The notes under the pieces are model-generated. The model searched no databases and had not been told where the DNA came from. It saw nothing but the letters and a program-made list of their open reading frames with translations. A stretch of DNA of 64,000 nucleotides from Tubulanus polymorphus (taxonomy: Eukaryota; Animalia; Nemertea): assembly GCF_964204645.1 (NCBI RefSeq), contig NC_134031.1, positions 11,410,088 through 11,474,087 on the forward strand, given 5' to 3'. The translations under genes were made by a program, and so were the position numbers. Shown here one piece after another: positions 1 through 12,796 of the stretch; position 1 is the stretch's first letter; each line of letters begins with the position of its first letter.

Positions 1-1767
1 AAAAAGGAAGAAGGTCAATTTAGAGTAATCCTCAATCTGAAACGTTTAAATGAGAATATAGCTTACCATCATTTTAAGATGGATACATTTGAATCAGTCG
101 TCAAACTGATTACTCCAGGTTGTCTTATGCAAACTGTGGATATTAAAGACGCATATTACTGTGTTCCAGTAGCAGTTGAGGATAGGAAATATTTACGATT
201 TAAATTTGAGGGTACACTTTATCAATTTACGTGCATTCCGAATGGACTTGCATCAGGCCCTCGGGTTTATACAAAAATAGGCAAGCCCGTCTTTTCAGCT
301 CTAAGACAAATGGGTGTTACTATCTTACATTGATGAGGGGATTGTTATCTTGATTTCGGATGAGCAAGCTTCATTTTCTGGTAATGCTACCACAAGTCTC
401 CTAGAGGAAGCAGGATATATTATCAATTATGAAAAATCTAAACTTGAACCGGCATCTAAACGAGAATACCTTTGGTTTATTATTAATTCGCTGCTCATGA
501 CTGTGCAGCTCACAGATAGACAAAAAAAGGTATTATAGAATGTTGTACTTTCTTATTACAGAATGTCACAGTTGCTATCAGAATGGTGGCAAGAACCCTG
601 GGGCTCTTGGTGGCAGCATTACCAGGGATGGAGTATGGGCAACTCCACTACCGGTTAACAGAAAGAGAAAAAATTCAAGCATTAAGAATGCAAGCAGGTA
701 GTTATGATGCAAATATGAGCTTATCTGAACAGGCTAAGATGGAATTAGCTTGGTGGGTTAAAGAAATTCCCACAGGGCACAAGAGAATTGCTCGAGAGAA
801 CCCTAGTACTGAAATTTTTACAGATGCTTCTTTCGCAGGTTGGGGCGCATCTATGAAGGGTAATAAAACAGGGGGTAGGTGGACCCCAGATGATATAGTG
901 ATCGGAAGAGACTCTATTAATTATCTAGAACACTTGGCTGGATTTCTAGCACTGAAGTCATTTTGCGGAGATATGAATAACGTACATGTCCTTCTCAAGA
1001 TGGATAACACTACTGCCATTTCATATATTGACCACATGGGGGGTTCACAATCACCCCAGCTTAATGCATTGGCATTAGATATTTGGGAATGGTGTATAGA
1101 GAAAAAGCTGTGAATTTCAGCAGCACATATACCAGGGCATCTCAATGTAGATGCAGATTTCGAGAGCAGGCATTTTCATGACCAAACCGAATGGATGCTC
1201 AATACACAGGTCTTGAATCAATTAATATATTATTTTGGAGAGTTAGAGATTGATCTCTTTGCGTCAAGAGCTAATGCTCAACTGCCACTCTATGCGTCGT
1301 GGAAACCAGACCCAGGGGCAAAATTTATTGATGCATTCACGATTAGCTGGACAAATTATAATAGTTATTTGTTCCCTCCTTTCAGTGTAATATCCAGATG
1401 TTTAAAGAAAATTCGACAGGACCAAGCGTTAGGAGTCATCATAGTGCCTCTATGGCCGATGCAGATTTGGTTTACGCAGTTGATGCACCTTCTCGTGGAA
1501 CGCCCAATGATTTTACCAAACATGAACAATCTGTTAACATTACCGGATCAAACAACTCTACACCCGATGCGCAAAAGACTGAAACTGATAGCCTGCAAGG
1601 TTTCTGGACTGCACAGGCTCAACATAGAATTCCAGAACGGGCTGCACAGATTATGTGGTGTTCGTGGAAGTGCAGTACTAAGAAACAGTATGCCACACAT
1701 ATTACGCGATGGCAACAGTTTTGCGATAAACAACAGATTAATCCAATGCAGGCGGATGTCACTTTAG
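1..1767 (+). pseudogene. DIRS ORF2: reverse transcriptase - RNase H - DNA N6-adenine methyltransferase-like domain (frameshift ~320, stops at 538 and 1113)
   Basis: RT motifs DIKDAYY, PNGLASGPRVYTK and YIDE (degenerate YxDD); RNase H motifs IFTDASFAGWGA, INYLE, DNTTA; MT-like IDLFAS...DAFTISW...YLFPPF. Confidence 0.9.
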
Positions 1768-3182
1768 TTTTGAAATTTCTGTCGGAACTTTTTGATGAGA
1801 ATTTATCGTATAGTTCATTAAATACTGCCAGATCAGCTACCGTATTTTCCGGCCAATAAGCCGATTTTCTAGCCTCAGATTTTTACCCAAAATATCGTGA
1901 TCGGCTTATTGGGCGGATGCGATCCGACATAAAAAATCACTTCCTGATCTATGCCACTCTAATGCTCTCAATGATCGTCAAAATCAAGAAAAGTGGTCGA
2001 TATTGATTTGAGGTCATTATTTACTACCAATTATAATCTATTTTGAACTATTTTATTTTTACTTTGATTGTTCCATCACCGCACAGCGGCAATGGTATAC
2101 ATTTATATAACGCGCGAGTTCACGTGTCAGTTCATACATTAGTATATATGCAAATCAGCAGTGAGCCGCGTACTGCGTGTATGGCTGTGTGTATAGTAAT
2201 CAGCTGAGTGAGTCTATATATAGCACAGTCACTCGGCGATGATAGTATACACAGCACTCTCATCGGCGGGCGCTACTGTCAGCCTCTTAAATCGTCAATT
2301 AAGACGAACTAATTGACAAATCAGTGAATTAAAATCTCTGATGAAGGGCCTCGGCTTATTGGGCGAAGCTTTATGAAATCCATGTATTTTAGGCTAAAAA
2401 ACTGCCCTCGGCTTATTGGCCGAGTCGGCTTATTGGCTGGAAAATACGGTATATCACAAATTACTATGTCGAATATTGGCTCGCACCCATTAGTAGTAAG
2501 ATTTATGCGAGGGGTATATAATATGAGGCCCTCAGAGCCCAGGTATAATTCTACTTGGGATGTGAGTATCGTTTTACGTTGGGCAGCAAAACTGTCGCCG
2601 TTACGTTTTTTGAGTTTGAAGCAGTTAACATTGAAAACTGTAATTTTGTTAGCTTTAGTTATTGCTGCAAGAGGGCAGAATATGTTTTTGTTAGATTGTA
2701 CTCGTATGAAGAAAGGACTGGATAAGTTTGAATTTTTTTATGAAGCGATTGCTTTGAAACAGTCGAGACAAGGGCAAAAGGCCTATGTAGCATCTATACC
2801 TAGATTTGACAAAAATAAAAAGATTTGTCCATATATGACCATCTGTGAATATTTGAAGAGAACTAAGATAATGCGAGGAAATGAGACTAGATTCTTTATT
2901 AGTTATGTTAAACCATATAAAAAAGTTTGTAAGCAAACAATCAGTAAATGGGTTAAACAGGCTATGTCTGAAGCAGGAGTTGATGTTGATAAATATAAGC
3001 CTCATAGTATAAGATCAGCAGCGGCATCCGAGGCAAAGTCAGTAGGAGTGCCATTGGATCATATTATGAAGACAGCTGGTTGGGCTAGATCGTCCACTTT
3101 TGTGAGATTTTACAATAAAGACATAGAGTTGTCTAATACAGCATCAACTAGTTTTCAAACAGCTGTTTTGGACTGTGAATAG
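1398..3182 (+). pseudogene. DIRS tyrosine recombinase, interrupted by a MITE at 1840-2449 (true start uncertain)
   Basis: YSSLNTARSA|ISQ...HPLVVRFMRG, AARG (catalytic R), LKQSR, ICPY, HSIRSAAAS (HxxR), AGW..SSTFVRFY (catalytic Y). Removing the MITE and one TA joins the two ORFs in frame. Confidence 0.92.
1840..2449. mobile_element. Tc1/mariner-superfamily (Tc2/pogo-like) MITE
   Basis: TIR CCGTATTTTCCGGCCAATAAGCCGA ... TCGGCTTATTGGCTGGAAAATACGG; TA duplicated at 1838-39 and 2450-51; a second copy lies at 34845-35385. Confidence 0.9.
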
Positions 3183-3340
3183 GTATATTTTATCTATCCA
3201 TGTGAGTTATGGTTCAGGAATTGGTATATTGTAAGATTTTGATGATTCTGATAAGTCTTATCTTATTGGTAAATAAAGAGGTGATTTTATTGTTGTTGTT
3301 TTCAATCTCTGTTGATTGTAGATACTTTTTATTCACCCAC

Positions 3341-3649
3341 TTTGAAGTCTCATTGGATCCCTACTAGTCAGACCGAAACGACGGAGAATTGATAAGTTAA
3401 ACGAGACTTACCTGGAAGTTGAAGTTTGAATGTAATTCTCCGGAGTGAGGTCGAACTGGTAGGGATAAAATGCCCACCCGAATTAACCCTACCCAATGTT
3501 TATGGGATTTGGGCTCATAAAAAGTTGTTAAATACTGAGTGTTCGGCGCATGCGTGCATATCTCATTTTATCCCTACCAGTTCGACCTCACTCCGGAGAA
3601 TTACAGTCAAACTTCAACTTCCAGGTAAGTCTCGTTTAACTTATCAATT
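3341..3649. repeat. DIRS internal complementary region (ICR) and right terminal repeat
   Basis: 3387-3472 is the reverse complement of 3564-3649 (86 bp, one mismatch seen). Confidence 0.9.
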
Positions 3650-3662
3650 TTTTTAACTTCAG

Positions 3663-4419
3663 ATGGCGTTTAGTTATTCATGGTGGTATAGATGGATTTA
3701 CACGGGCAATAGTCTTTCTGGAGTGCAGTAATAACAATCGGGCAGACACGGTACTCAAACTCTTTAAAATCGCTGTTGATGATTGGGGTTTACCATCAAG
3801 AGTTAGAGCTGATCACGGTTCAGAAAATGTTGATGTTAGGAATTCCATGAACAACATTAGAGGAGCTCATCGAGGGTCGTTTATAACTGGCCGTTCGATT
3901 CATAACACTCGAATTTAACGTTTATGGAGGGATGTATATGAAGGTGTTGTCTCAGTATTTTATGATCTATTTCACTATCTTGAAAGAATAGATTTGCTGT
4001 CCCCCGACAATGAGATCCATATTTTCAGTCTCCAATACATCTTCATACCACGAATAAATCGTATGTTATCATCATTTAAACATATGTGGAATAACCATTA
4101 AGTGAGAACTGCAGGAAATATGACACCAATTCAAATGTTTCTTAGCAACCAAATTGAGGATGTTGAAATGGTCGCCACTGATTTATCTTCGTATGGTACG
4201 GATCCAGAAATGGCTATTTCAAATGACGATGATATTAATGTTGTTGTACCAGAAGGCAGATTAGATCTGTGTGACTTTGACATTGCAGATTTAGAAACAA
4301 CCATAAATCCACTTGATGCAGATGATCCATGGGATTATTCAACATATATTGAGACAATTCAATTTGTAGAGAAATGTCTTCAAGCTGAATCTGATGAATC
4401 AGATACCGAGCTCTACTAA
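3663..4419 (+). pseudogene. IS3EU-like DDE transposase, last exon (integrase core)
   Basis: Acceptor ttcag at 3658-3662; [14 protein letters not shown]...[14 protein letters not shown]...[15 protein letters not shown]...WNNH*VRT. The catalytic E position is TAA (3916-3918); a second stop lies at 4099-4101. Confidence 0.88.
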
Positions 4420-4762
4420 TCTGATTGTAATGCCATGCTTTAATATAAGGGCACAAAAAAGATACATGTACATGTTCCTTTGTTTTTTTTCGGGTCCTCA
4501 AAATTGACCTTCCCCAGGATTATTGATCAAGTCAATCTTTTTTTTTGCATAAATCTATGAAACATATTTCCAATAAAACTACATGTATATTTGTCATCTG
4601 AATTTTAGTAAATCTTTTATATATTGTTCACCAGATTAGATTAATGGTATATTCACAAATCGTCAAAGCAGAAATCTGATTTCTTTTTTGAGAAGATTCC
4701 AAAATCACTTGGCCGAAATAAGGGGGGGGGGGGTGAATAAAATTACATGCCAGTGGCTACTA

Positions 4763-4989
4763 ACCCATGTTCACAGTTCCACAGTTGTGAGTTAGATTTC
4801 ACTCTAGAGTTAAAGTAATTGAAAATGAACTAATTTGACTAGAATTAAATCTCATCTCGGAATTAAACTCACAACTGACTGTGGAACTGGGTCCAGGACT
4901 CAGTTTGACTCTGGATTTAAAGTAATTGAAAATAAACTACTTTCAGTCTAGGAGTTAAATCTAACTCACAACTATAGAACTGGGTCCAG
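4763..4989. repeat. Short palindromic MITE-like repeat, partially duplicated; related end at ~8795-8823
   Basis: CAGTTCCACAGTTGTGAGTTA ... TAACTCACAACT(..)GGAACTGGGTCCAG inverted ends, present twice. Confidence 0.55.
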
Positions 4990-5502
4990 GGTTACGAACT
5001 TATTTAGTGTAGAGGACGCTATAGTCGAAGCAGTTCTGTAAGAAATCATAAAATATGACTGAATAGAAACAATAAATCTTCACATGTAAAATAACTCCGT
5101 AAAAATTGTACTTCCATGTTAATCATTTTTTATTACCAAATTGTGAGAAATGACATTTGGCTATCTACAATGTTAGCTGATTTAATATATGAAATATTGA
5201 CGCGAGTTGTTACATCGATTTGTTCATCAGCTAACATATTACATGTGTATAATAACAAGGCAATTATCATGGTTGACCGCCCACTTGGGATTGGCAAATT
5301 GATCCCAAGTGTGATAACAACAACAATTGCCTAAGTTTTTAAAAGAATATAAAATGTCTATTGTAACATTCTTCGTAGCAATTTTGTACGTTTATAATCC
5401 AAGACCTATCCACAATCTTAGAATATTATTGCATTATTTTGATTATAAAATATTAGTTACAGTTTAAAAATACTGTAGACATCGTATATTGAATGTTGTT
5501 GT

Positions 5503-8500
5503 CTAGATTATATCAAAGTATCTAGAACAAAAACACAAATCTAACATTGCGAATGAGTCAGTTTCGCTTTTATCACCGAGTCTCAGTGGTAAAAACAGCT
5601 TATTAGCGCACGTGCTGCTACTTGCTAGCGTATTTTCCACAAACTCAATAGACGGTCGCTTAGAAAAACCCATGCAGGGTTCCACTTCGGATCCTGTCAC
5701 AAATAACAGGATATCTTCTAGTCGTAAGCTCCTGCTCTCAGGGTTGTAGACAAGCCGTCTGCCTGCTAAAATCATAATCAAAAATCTATATGAAGCCGAT
5801 AAAATGAGGATAAAATTCTAACTTATTATTTTTTTAAACAAATACAGCATTTGGACTAATGATTTAACCCCCACCTCCGAATTATGAATTTTTATCTTCA
5901 TTTGAAGCATACCTGCGACTTCTCTGATGTATCTCAGAAATACTCTATAGGCAGCATCCTGGCACGGCTTTGCATTGCTCAATCACTTGACTATAAAAAT
6001 GACCACCGAAAAATACTTAGAATAACTTACTTTGCCGCCGGAACAACAGGCAATTCATCACTGGATGGAGTCGGCCTACAAAAAACAAGTAATCGTTCTC
6101 TGCTAAAAGTTATACGGTAGTCATGTATCCAATTTTAAAATTAAAAAGCGAAATGCATAGAGAAATATGCTTGTCATTAAGCAATAAAAGTAAGCCAGAC
6201 TATAGTTTTAACAATAGCATAGAGCAGGGTAATGACTACGTTTACATCAGCATACTCCTTATTGCATTGGAACACAGAGGAACCAAGGTTTTTAATTAAC
6301 AAGACATGTATTTGATAATAATTCTTACTTTGGTAGGGTTGAAAGTAGATATTTGTACTGGTAAATCAATATGATTGATCCTAAGTACCCAGTGTATGTA
6401 TGTTATATAGTGATTTGGTACGGAACTTATAACACCAAACTGGGCTAAAAAGTGACCTGAGGTGCAAAGTATTAACTAATCCACATTTAAAGCTGAGAGA
6501 GAGAGTAAATTGGAGTGACCATTCTGGTGTCAGAATGATCACTCCAAATGTGAGTGTACATGTAGTATGAGAAAGCCGGGACACCACAAAAATGGGTTTA
6601 AGAGTTTAGTTTAACCTACCTCATTCAGCTAGATACATTCTTAAAAGCAATGTGACAAATTTAATTTCTTTGAAAGTTCTTAATCACGTACTAATGGTTT
6701 TTTAAAAATATGTCTCCAAATCAAGGTTTATCTTATCTTATCTTATCTTATCAAGAAGCAAAAAATTGCTTCTTTCTTATCAGTTTCATTTTTGCGCGTG
6801 TCAAAAACAGTTTATCAGTAAAAAATCAAAATGCGCATCCCGCTTGCAGATATATTTTCGTTTCTATTTAAAAAAAAGTAAAACACTCCGGCATGCATCC
6901 TGATAAACGATTTGTTATGTTTTTCTTTACGGTCGCTTCCCAATTGTTACTGTGGCAGGTGAGTATTTCGGTAACGAAGTGCTTTCCATCAAAGTCGTTT
7001 GATGCCTAGATTTTCACATTTAAAAAGTAAAAATAGTCTTGCCACTTTTGGAATATTTCTCTTTTTTTAAAAGGGAGGTAAAAAGTAAAAACCTGCCGTG
7101 TCACTGTTCCAAAAAAGGGCTGATGAGAAACAAGGGAATTTCTTTGCGTGGCCCAATATATGACAGCCATAATAAACATTTACAGAATCATATGTAATAT
7201 TTAATCAGAAAGACGCAGTAGAATATTTTCACATATTTTTTAAATATCCAACAGTCTTTCATTTACTCACTGAGTAGCCATATTGTTGTTTTCTTGGTGC
7301 CGCTGAAAGAGAAATGACAGAGTTATACGCCCATTCAATTTATGGATTCCTGAATATGTAAATCACATCAAGATGAAATACAAAACATATTGAGTACTTA
7401 CCAATGTTGGAACTATATCAGGCAGCTCTGTAGTGTCATCCTGTAAAATAGAAAGTTTACTGTTATTACATGTTCTTTAATAAGTTGACATTAGGAGTTG
7501 TTCATAGATAACGTAACGCGTATGAGGGTGTTTGTTACAAAGGGGGAAGGGGCTCTCAACAGCTGTTACATATCAAAATGTTGGAATTCCTCAGTAGAAA
7601 AATCTCATGCAACCTTTTTGGGTTGAAACCAGGACTGGAGTGAAGTTGGACCATTTTCTAATAAAACATAATGCTTTATTTAACTGGAACTGTAAAATAT
7701 TACACATAACATTAACATAACTCATCAAGAATAGAAAGCTACAGGTCGAATAATATTGATCATAGCATAAAGTTTCAAACTGGTGATTATGATTTTAGCA
7801 AAAAATTGGGGGTTACGTAATATTATAGTAGGTCTGCCAAAATTTGTTACGGCTTGTTACAAGGGGGAGGAGGTATCAAAATTTTCCTAAAATGTGTTAC
7901 ATAATATTTCAACAGCCCCTTACTTCGTGGCTATTTGATAGCAATTTTTCATGATGACCTAGTTTTTAATAACACAATGTTTTAAAATTTTTTGATTACG
8001 GTGTTCACAAAATTTATACGAACCTCCTCTACCTAAAATCTACGGTTTTTAGGAATTCGTTTTAAACTTGCCAAAGTTGAACTATCTATTTACATTAATC
8101 AGTAACCATACCTGTGTTTGTTTAGTCTCTTCTTGATCATTACTGTTTTGTTTCTACAATGTGGGATCATCCTCCTCATCCATTTCATCAATGTGTAATG
8201 ACATCTGTATGGGCCGCAAATAAAATTTCAGGTTAGCAACAATTTTTAGATCCTCTATTGACAACGGTCCAGAATGAAGCAATTCTAACTTCGATCTTGA
8301 TCCTTGGCTACAACCAAGAATTTCATATCCGCCACCACTGGCGAGTGGAAAGAAAGCACTGTAAAAATGCAAATAAACATAATTAATGTATTTTTTGGTT
8401 AAAAGTTACAAGATAGATAGTAACTTAGAAAACTAGGTCTATGTAACTGTCTATGTAACTGGGAGACAAAGTTAGGCATGCACAGAGGAGTTAGTTTCAT

Positions 8501-10175
8501 GAACTACTAAACAGTGGCGCTGGAACCGCAGCGACTGCAGCGGCGAAAGCCGCGGCAATAATTTACTAAATGCCGTTTCTTTTTCCTTTGAATACCACGT
8601 TTTTTGAAGAAATTAAGTAAATTTGCCGCGGCAATATTAAGAACCTGTCGAAAATCGGCATTTGGCCGCAGCAATCAAAAATTGCTTCCATGCTAAATTC
8701 ATTCGTCAGTTGAGTACATATACTTGCTTACATTGCGCATGTAGGACAACAAGACAGAGTTCCTCAATCTAATTATTTAACACCAAAGCTAATTGTTAAC
8801 CCACAACTGTGGAACTGGGTCCAGAATAACTATAATCTCAAGACAACTTACTCTAATATTACTTGCTCAAAGTGCAGAGCATCTCCATCTACTTGAAAAC
8901 TAAGTTTTTTCAAGCCGATACCTTTTTTGGTCAGGTGATATATTTCCTGCTTAGACGGTTTCAGAGTTGCATCTTTATCCTGTAGGCAAATCACCTCTCT
9001 TGTTATGAAACGACTCTTTGGTACTCCTATTGATGATTGAAATAAAAATATTACGAATGTATTTAAGACTGACACAATGGATATTAAAATGATTGATAAG
9101 CCAGATTATACAATATTCCTACTGCAGCAATAGTGTGGTGTTCATAACAACTTTTAGATCTGGCCTACCTGTATTTCTTCCGCCTCTAGTATAAGGCTGC
9201 TGCCTGCATACAGAGCGATGGAATAGAGGACGACGAACCTGAAAAATATTGTACTTAAAAATAAGACACTTTTTCTTTCAGTACTCGAATTGACAAGCAA
9301 CACCCGTAGAAGTTTTGTTTGAACTAAAAAATTTCAATTGTCCAATGATAGCATGAAATACACCGGCCTACAGGTAGTGGCTATCTTAAGTCTCCCGTGG
9401 AATTAACAGAAAATAGGCCTATGCCCTTTTGCCTTAGTTAAGCTTTAATGTTTTTAGTTTTTGTTATTGCCCAAGCCAAAAGAACCCCCAACCTGCCTGC
9501 CCTCTATTGTACAGTGCTAATGACATTCGTAACCCTCAAAATATTTTTATTTTTGCATACTAATTATCAGGGAGGTCTAGGGATTCAAAATCAGTAACTT
9601 GACCAAAAAGATTACATTTTCTATTTCTAAATTTTAATATTTCGGGCCCTTAAACTAAAATCTGGTTTGAACGCGGCACGCCATGCCCATGTTAAAACCA
9701 ACTTTTTGTTTAACGTGGTCTTCTTTGTTTTATCACCACTTGAGAAAATATTCAACGTAGCATTAAAACGAAAACGACCGCATTAAAACCAAATAGACGA
9801 TAAAACGAATAAGGTCTAAAAAGTTGTTGAACGAATGGTTTTAACGATGTGTCGTTAAAACGAAAAACGTAAAAAAAAATTGGTGTCATTTTTATATTTT
9901 TTTTAATGTGGCCCGAATCAGCCACCATATGCCAGCCATATATAATATACCTGCTGTTGACGAGGCGGTCTAGTCACACTCAGCAGAGTACTGGCACTGG
10001 CAGTACTACTAGTAGTAGGCCTAGGGCTTCCTGCAGCAGCAGCAGCAGCTACATTCAACCGAACAGGCCTAACTGACGACGAAGTTGCCGGGGGAGTCCG
10101 ATTGGACTCGAGCATTACAACGGCATCATTTAATAAAGTTATTAATGATTCTCTGCTAGTGTTGTTGGCCGACAT
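5503..10175 (-). pseudogene. Multi-exon HECT-type (G2E3-like) E3 ubiquitin ligase cargo gene of the transposon; N-lobe missing
   Basis: GT-AG exons 10175-9951, 9238-9169, 9026-8852, 8358-8112, 7440-7402, 7302-7271, 6075-6031, 5990-5913 and 5765-5503, phase-compatible except for a frame switch inside 5990-5913. C-lobe reads LLFVTGS..P..GF..PSIEF...STCANKLFLP...YFDII*, with catalytic-position Cys and Phe at -4. Premature stop at 8154-8156. Confidence 0.75.
7494..7919. mobile_element. PIF/Harbinger-type MITE in an intron of the HECT-like gene
   Basis: Imperfect TIR GGAGTTGTTCATAGATAACGTAAC / GTTACATAATATTTCAACAGCCCC; TTA on both sides (7491-93, 7920-22). Confidence 0.7.
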
Positions 10176-10312
10176 ATTTTGCGCGTAATTTTCTGCACCG
10201 GAAATCAAAATTACCTCCACTCCACCTTAGAAAAATACGCATTTTAACCGAAATTATTTTAGACTGGTTGCCGGTCTATTTTCGACCGGCACGCCATCTG
10301 GTGACATTATAG

Positions 10313-10520
10313 GTTTATCCTTGATGACGTGAGTTGATCCTTCACGTCATGACATTATCCTTCACGTTATGAGTTGATCCCTCACGTTACAACATTATAC
10401 TTCACGTTATGGGTTTATCCTTCACGTTAGATTAAGGTTGATCCTTCACGTCATGAGTTTATCCTTCACGTTACTACATTATACTTCACGTTATGGGTTT
10501 ATCCTTCACGTGATGACTTT
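10313..10520. repeat. Subterminal tandem array, ~10 units of 19-24 bp (core ATCCTTCACGT)
   Basis: Directly visible; lies ~30 bp inside the putative transposon terminus. Confidence 0.85.
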
Positions 10521-12796
10521 AGCGTCTGTTTGGCGGAGATGGCCGCCCATACGCATGGATGTGAAGCTTGTACACCATGGACTGCACTGTCATTGGCCTA
10601 TGTCATTGATTAGGTGACAGGGTTAACTAGAGGTCCACGGGCCTTGTGAAGTCTAAGCATCAGGTAAAGTTCTGTGCATAGCCAAGACATTTTAAAATGA
10701 CTTAGAGCACGGATTCTCCCTCCCCCACTCTGCAAAATTCATTTAATTCAAAAAAATTATCTTGTATCTAATTGGTCACAATATCCACCCTGTTGTTGTG
10801 ATGCAAAAGTTTTTTTTTCATTTGTCATATCTAATTGGTCACAATATCCACCCCATTGTTGTGTTCATGAAGCACTACTCACTACCATTTGTATAAAGAC
10901 AATATTCCCTGCCGTCAGAAGCCGGATCAACCTTGAGGTCAAACCAGCCAGCCAGCCACCGGTGCCGGATGATAATTGGGAGCAGGCACTGTCATAAACC
11001 GCAGAGCCTGCAGCGCTAAAGGCGTAATTGGTGCCATACATTTTATGTTTATATGCTTAAGTAGTCTGGTTTATATGATCAGTGTTCAATTATGCAAAGT
11101 AGTACAGCGCAGCAATCGTCCGCATATCAAAAGTAAAATTTTTTCATCAATCTAACCACTGACTTGCAAAAAATGAGTACAAACATTTAAATAGGTTGGA
11201 ATAGATTTATATTTTAATAGATTATCCATAAAACTGACAAATTCAATTAATATTGTCTCTAGTTTTAGACATCTCTGAACACTAAACACGGCGCCAGTAG
11301 TGCTAGTGACTCTTTCATTGATCCGAGCGATACAAATTTCCCACACCCCAGCCCACGAAAATGAGGGCATTAATCAAAAAATCTGCCACGATAACTCTCT
11401 GCTCTGCTCGCTCACCCACTGGTTAGTCATGAGAAATTTCAATTCGCAGCAGTTATCGCGGACATGTTCAAAAAGTTACTCTTACGTTTCGAGTCATTTT
11501 AATAAGTCTTCCACCTAGCCCATCTTAAAGATGGGCGTTAAATGTTCTTTAGACCAGTTAGAATGGTTGCCAAGTAAATATGTAACATTACATGACTAGT
11601 TTAAAATATTGATATCAATAATCTTTTCACGTTTAGATTTTAGTTTAGATATCACATTCATCTTCATTTGGTTTTGAATACAGCAGTTCATCATCTGTAC
11701 TGGTTTGTTGGTAATTCTGAATGTATGCTTGAATTGGTATGATAACCTTGTTTGATAACCTGGTTTGATAACCTTGTTACCTGAGCTACAATGAATGTTG
11801 TTGGCTATTTGTGGGATATACGGGAAATTCCTAGAACTTCTGATGTAATTGGGAAAGCCCATTGGGAAAACCCAATGTGGAACCCAAAACAAAATGGTGA
11901 GCATTTCGTTCGAATAGGTATCGTATAATTATGTATAATTTGTTCGGTGTTACGAATATAACAGAGTAGGCTATTCAATTCAGTACTCAAAACTAGCAAG
12001 TATGGCGATACCAATGGTGTTTTGGCTTAGATTTGTCTTGTCAATGCCTTAAAGACGTGCTAACCCGTACGGTTAAACCGCAGCCGTTGGCTTTTTGTGA
12101 ACTGTGTTACTGCTCTACTCTATTCAATTTTTTTACGTTCTTAGTTTCGATTGTTAGCGGTGATAAATTAATAATGGACTTAATAGACTCTGTAGACTCT
12201 TCATCTAATCAACAGTCAGTTTTTTCAACTGATTTAGAGGTGGGAGCTAGTCTACACACATATACCCTTATATATCACCATCGTACTATGGAAATCCATG
12301 CGAAGCGATCAATAGAGAACGTACCGTCTAGTTATCACACGCGTGCTGTTAAAAACAAACACAGATGTGACTGGGAGAAGTCGTGCGATGGGCGCATATT
12401 TTAATTCAATTCAAGGATGATAAAATCTGGAAATTGCAAGTATAATGATATCTTGTATGTATAAATCGTGTAATAAGGGGCTAAGAAATAATGAAGTGAT
12501 TAGATTTAGAATAAAGGATTGTTGTTTGAAGAGTTTGTTCAGCATATCATCGGTATATAATATACACTCAATGATTTGATGGTGAGCCACAGGGCCATTG
12601 GACCTTTATTTCAGTTCAAAATCTTGTTTCAAAGTCGGATTTAAATAAGGCAGAAGAGTGTGTGAATTTGTTAACTACACATGTGAAATGGAATTCACAC
12701 GTGATGCCCATCAAATTTTTTGTAAGGGCAGTAAAAGCCATTTTCCAACATTACACAAGCGTATGCTAGATAAACATTTTCTGATAGATCAAAACA

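Larger units (their letters stand above)
1..3651 (+). mobile_element. DIRS1-like tyrosine-recombinase retrotransposon (5' part outside window), degenerate
   Basis: RT, RNase H, methyltransferase-like and YR domains occur in DIRS order with overlapping ORFs. The 3' end has an internal complementary region paired with the terminal repeat and ends in a T-run. Confidence 0.93.
3652..10551 (+). mobile_element. IS3EU-type eukaryotic DNA transposon (left end upstream of window, beyond the DIRS insertion)
   Basis: IS3/integrase-like DDE transposase exon, convergent intron-containing second gene, subterminal ~20-bp tandem repeats, and terminus ...GGCGGAGATGGCCGCCCATA (reverse complement starts TATGG). 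Confidence 0.75.

Noticed and set aside
2373-2451. N-terminus of the 269-aa ORF as a real protein start
   Set aside because: It is MITE sequence that happens to be in frame with the YR.
3663-4419. Bacterial IS3 / contamination or recent HGT
   Set aside because: Preceded by a spliceosomal acceptor and embedded among eukaryotic TEs.
10313-10520. CRISPR-like repeat array
   Set aside because: Units are contiguous with only a few variable bases, there are no unique spacers or cas genes, and the context is eukaryotic; they fit transposon subterminal repeats.
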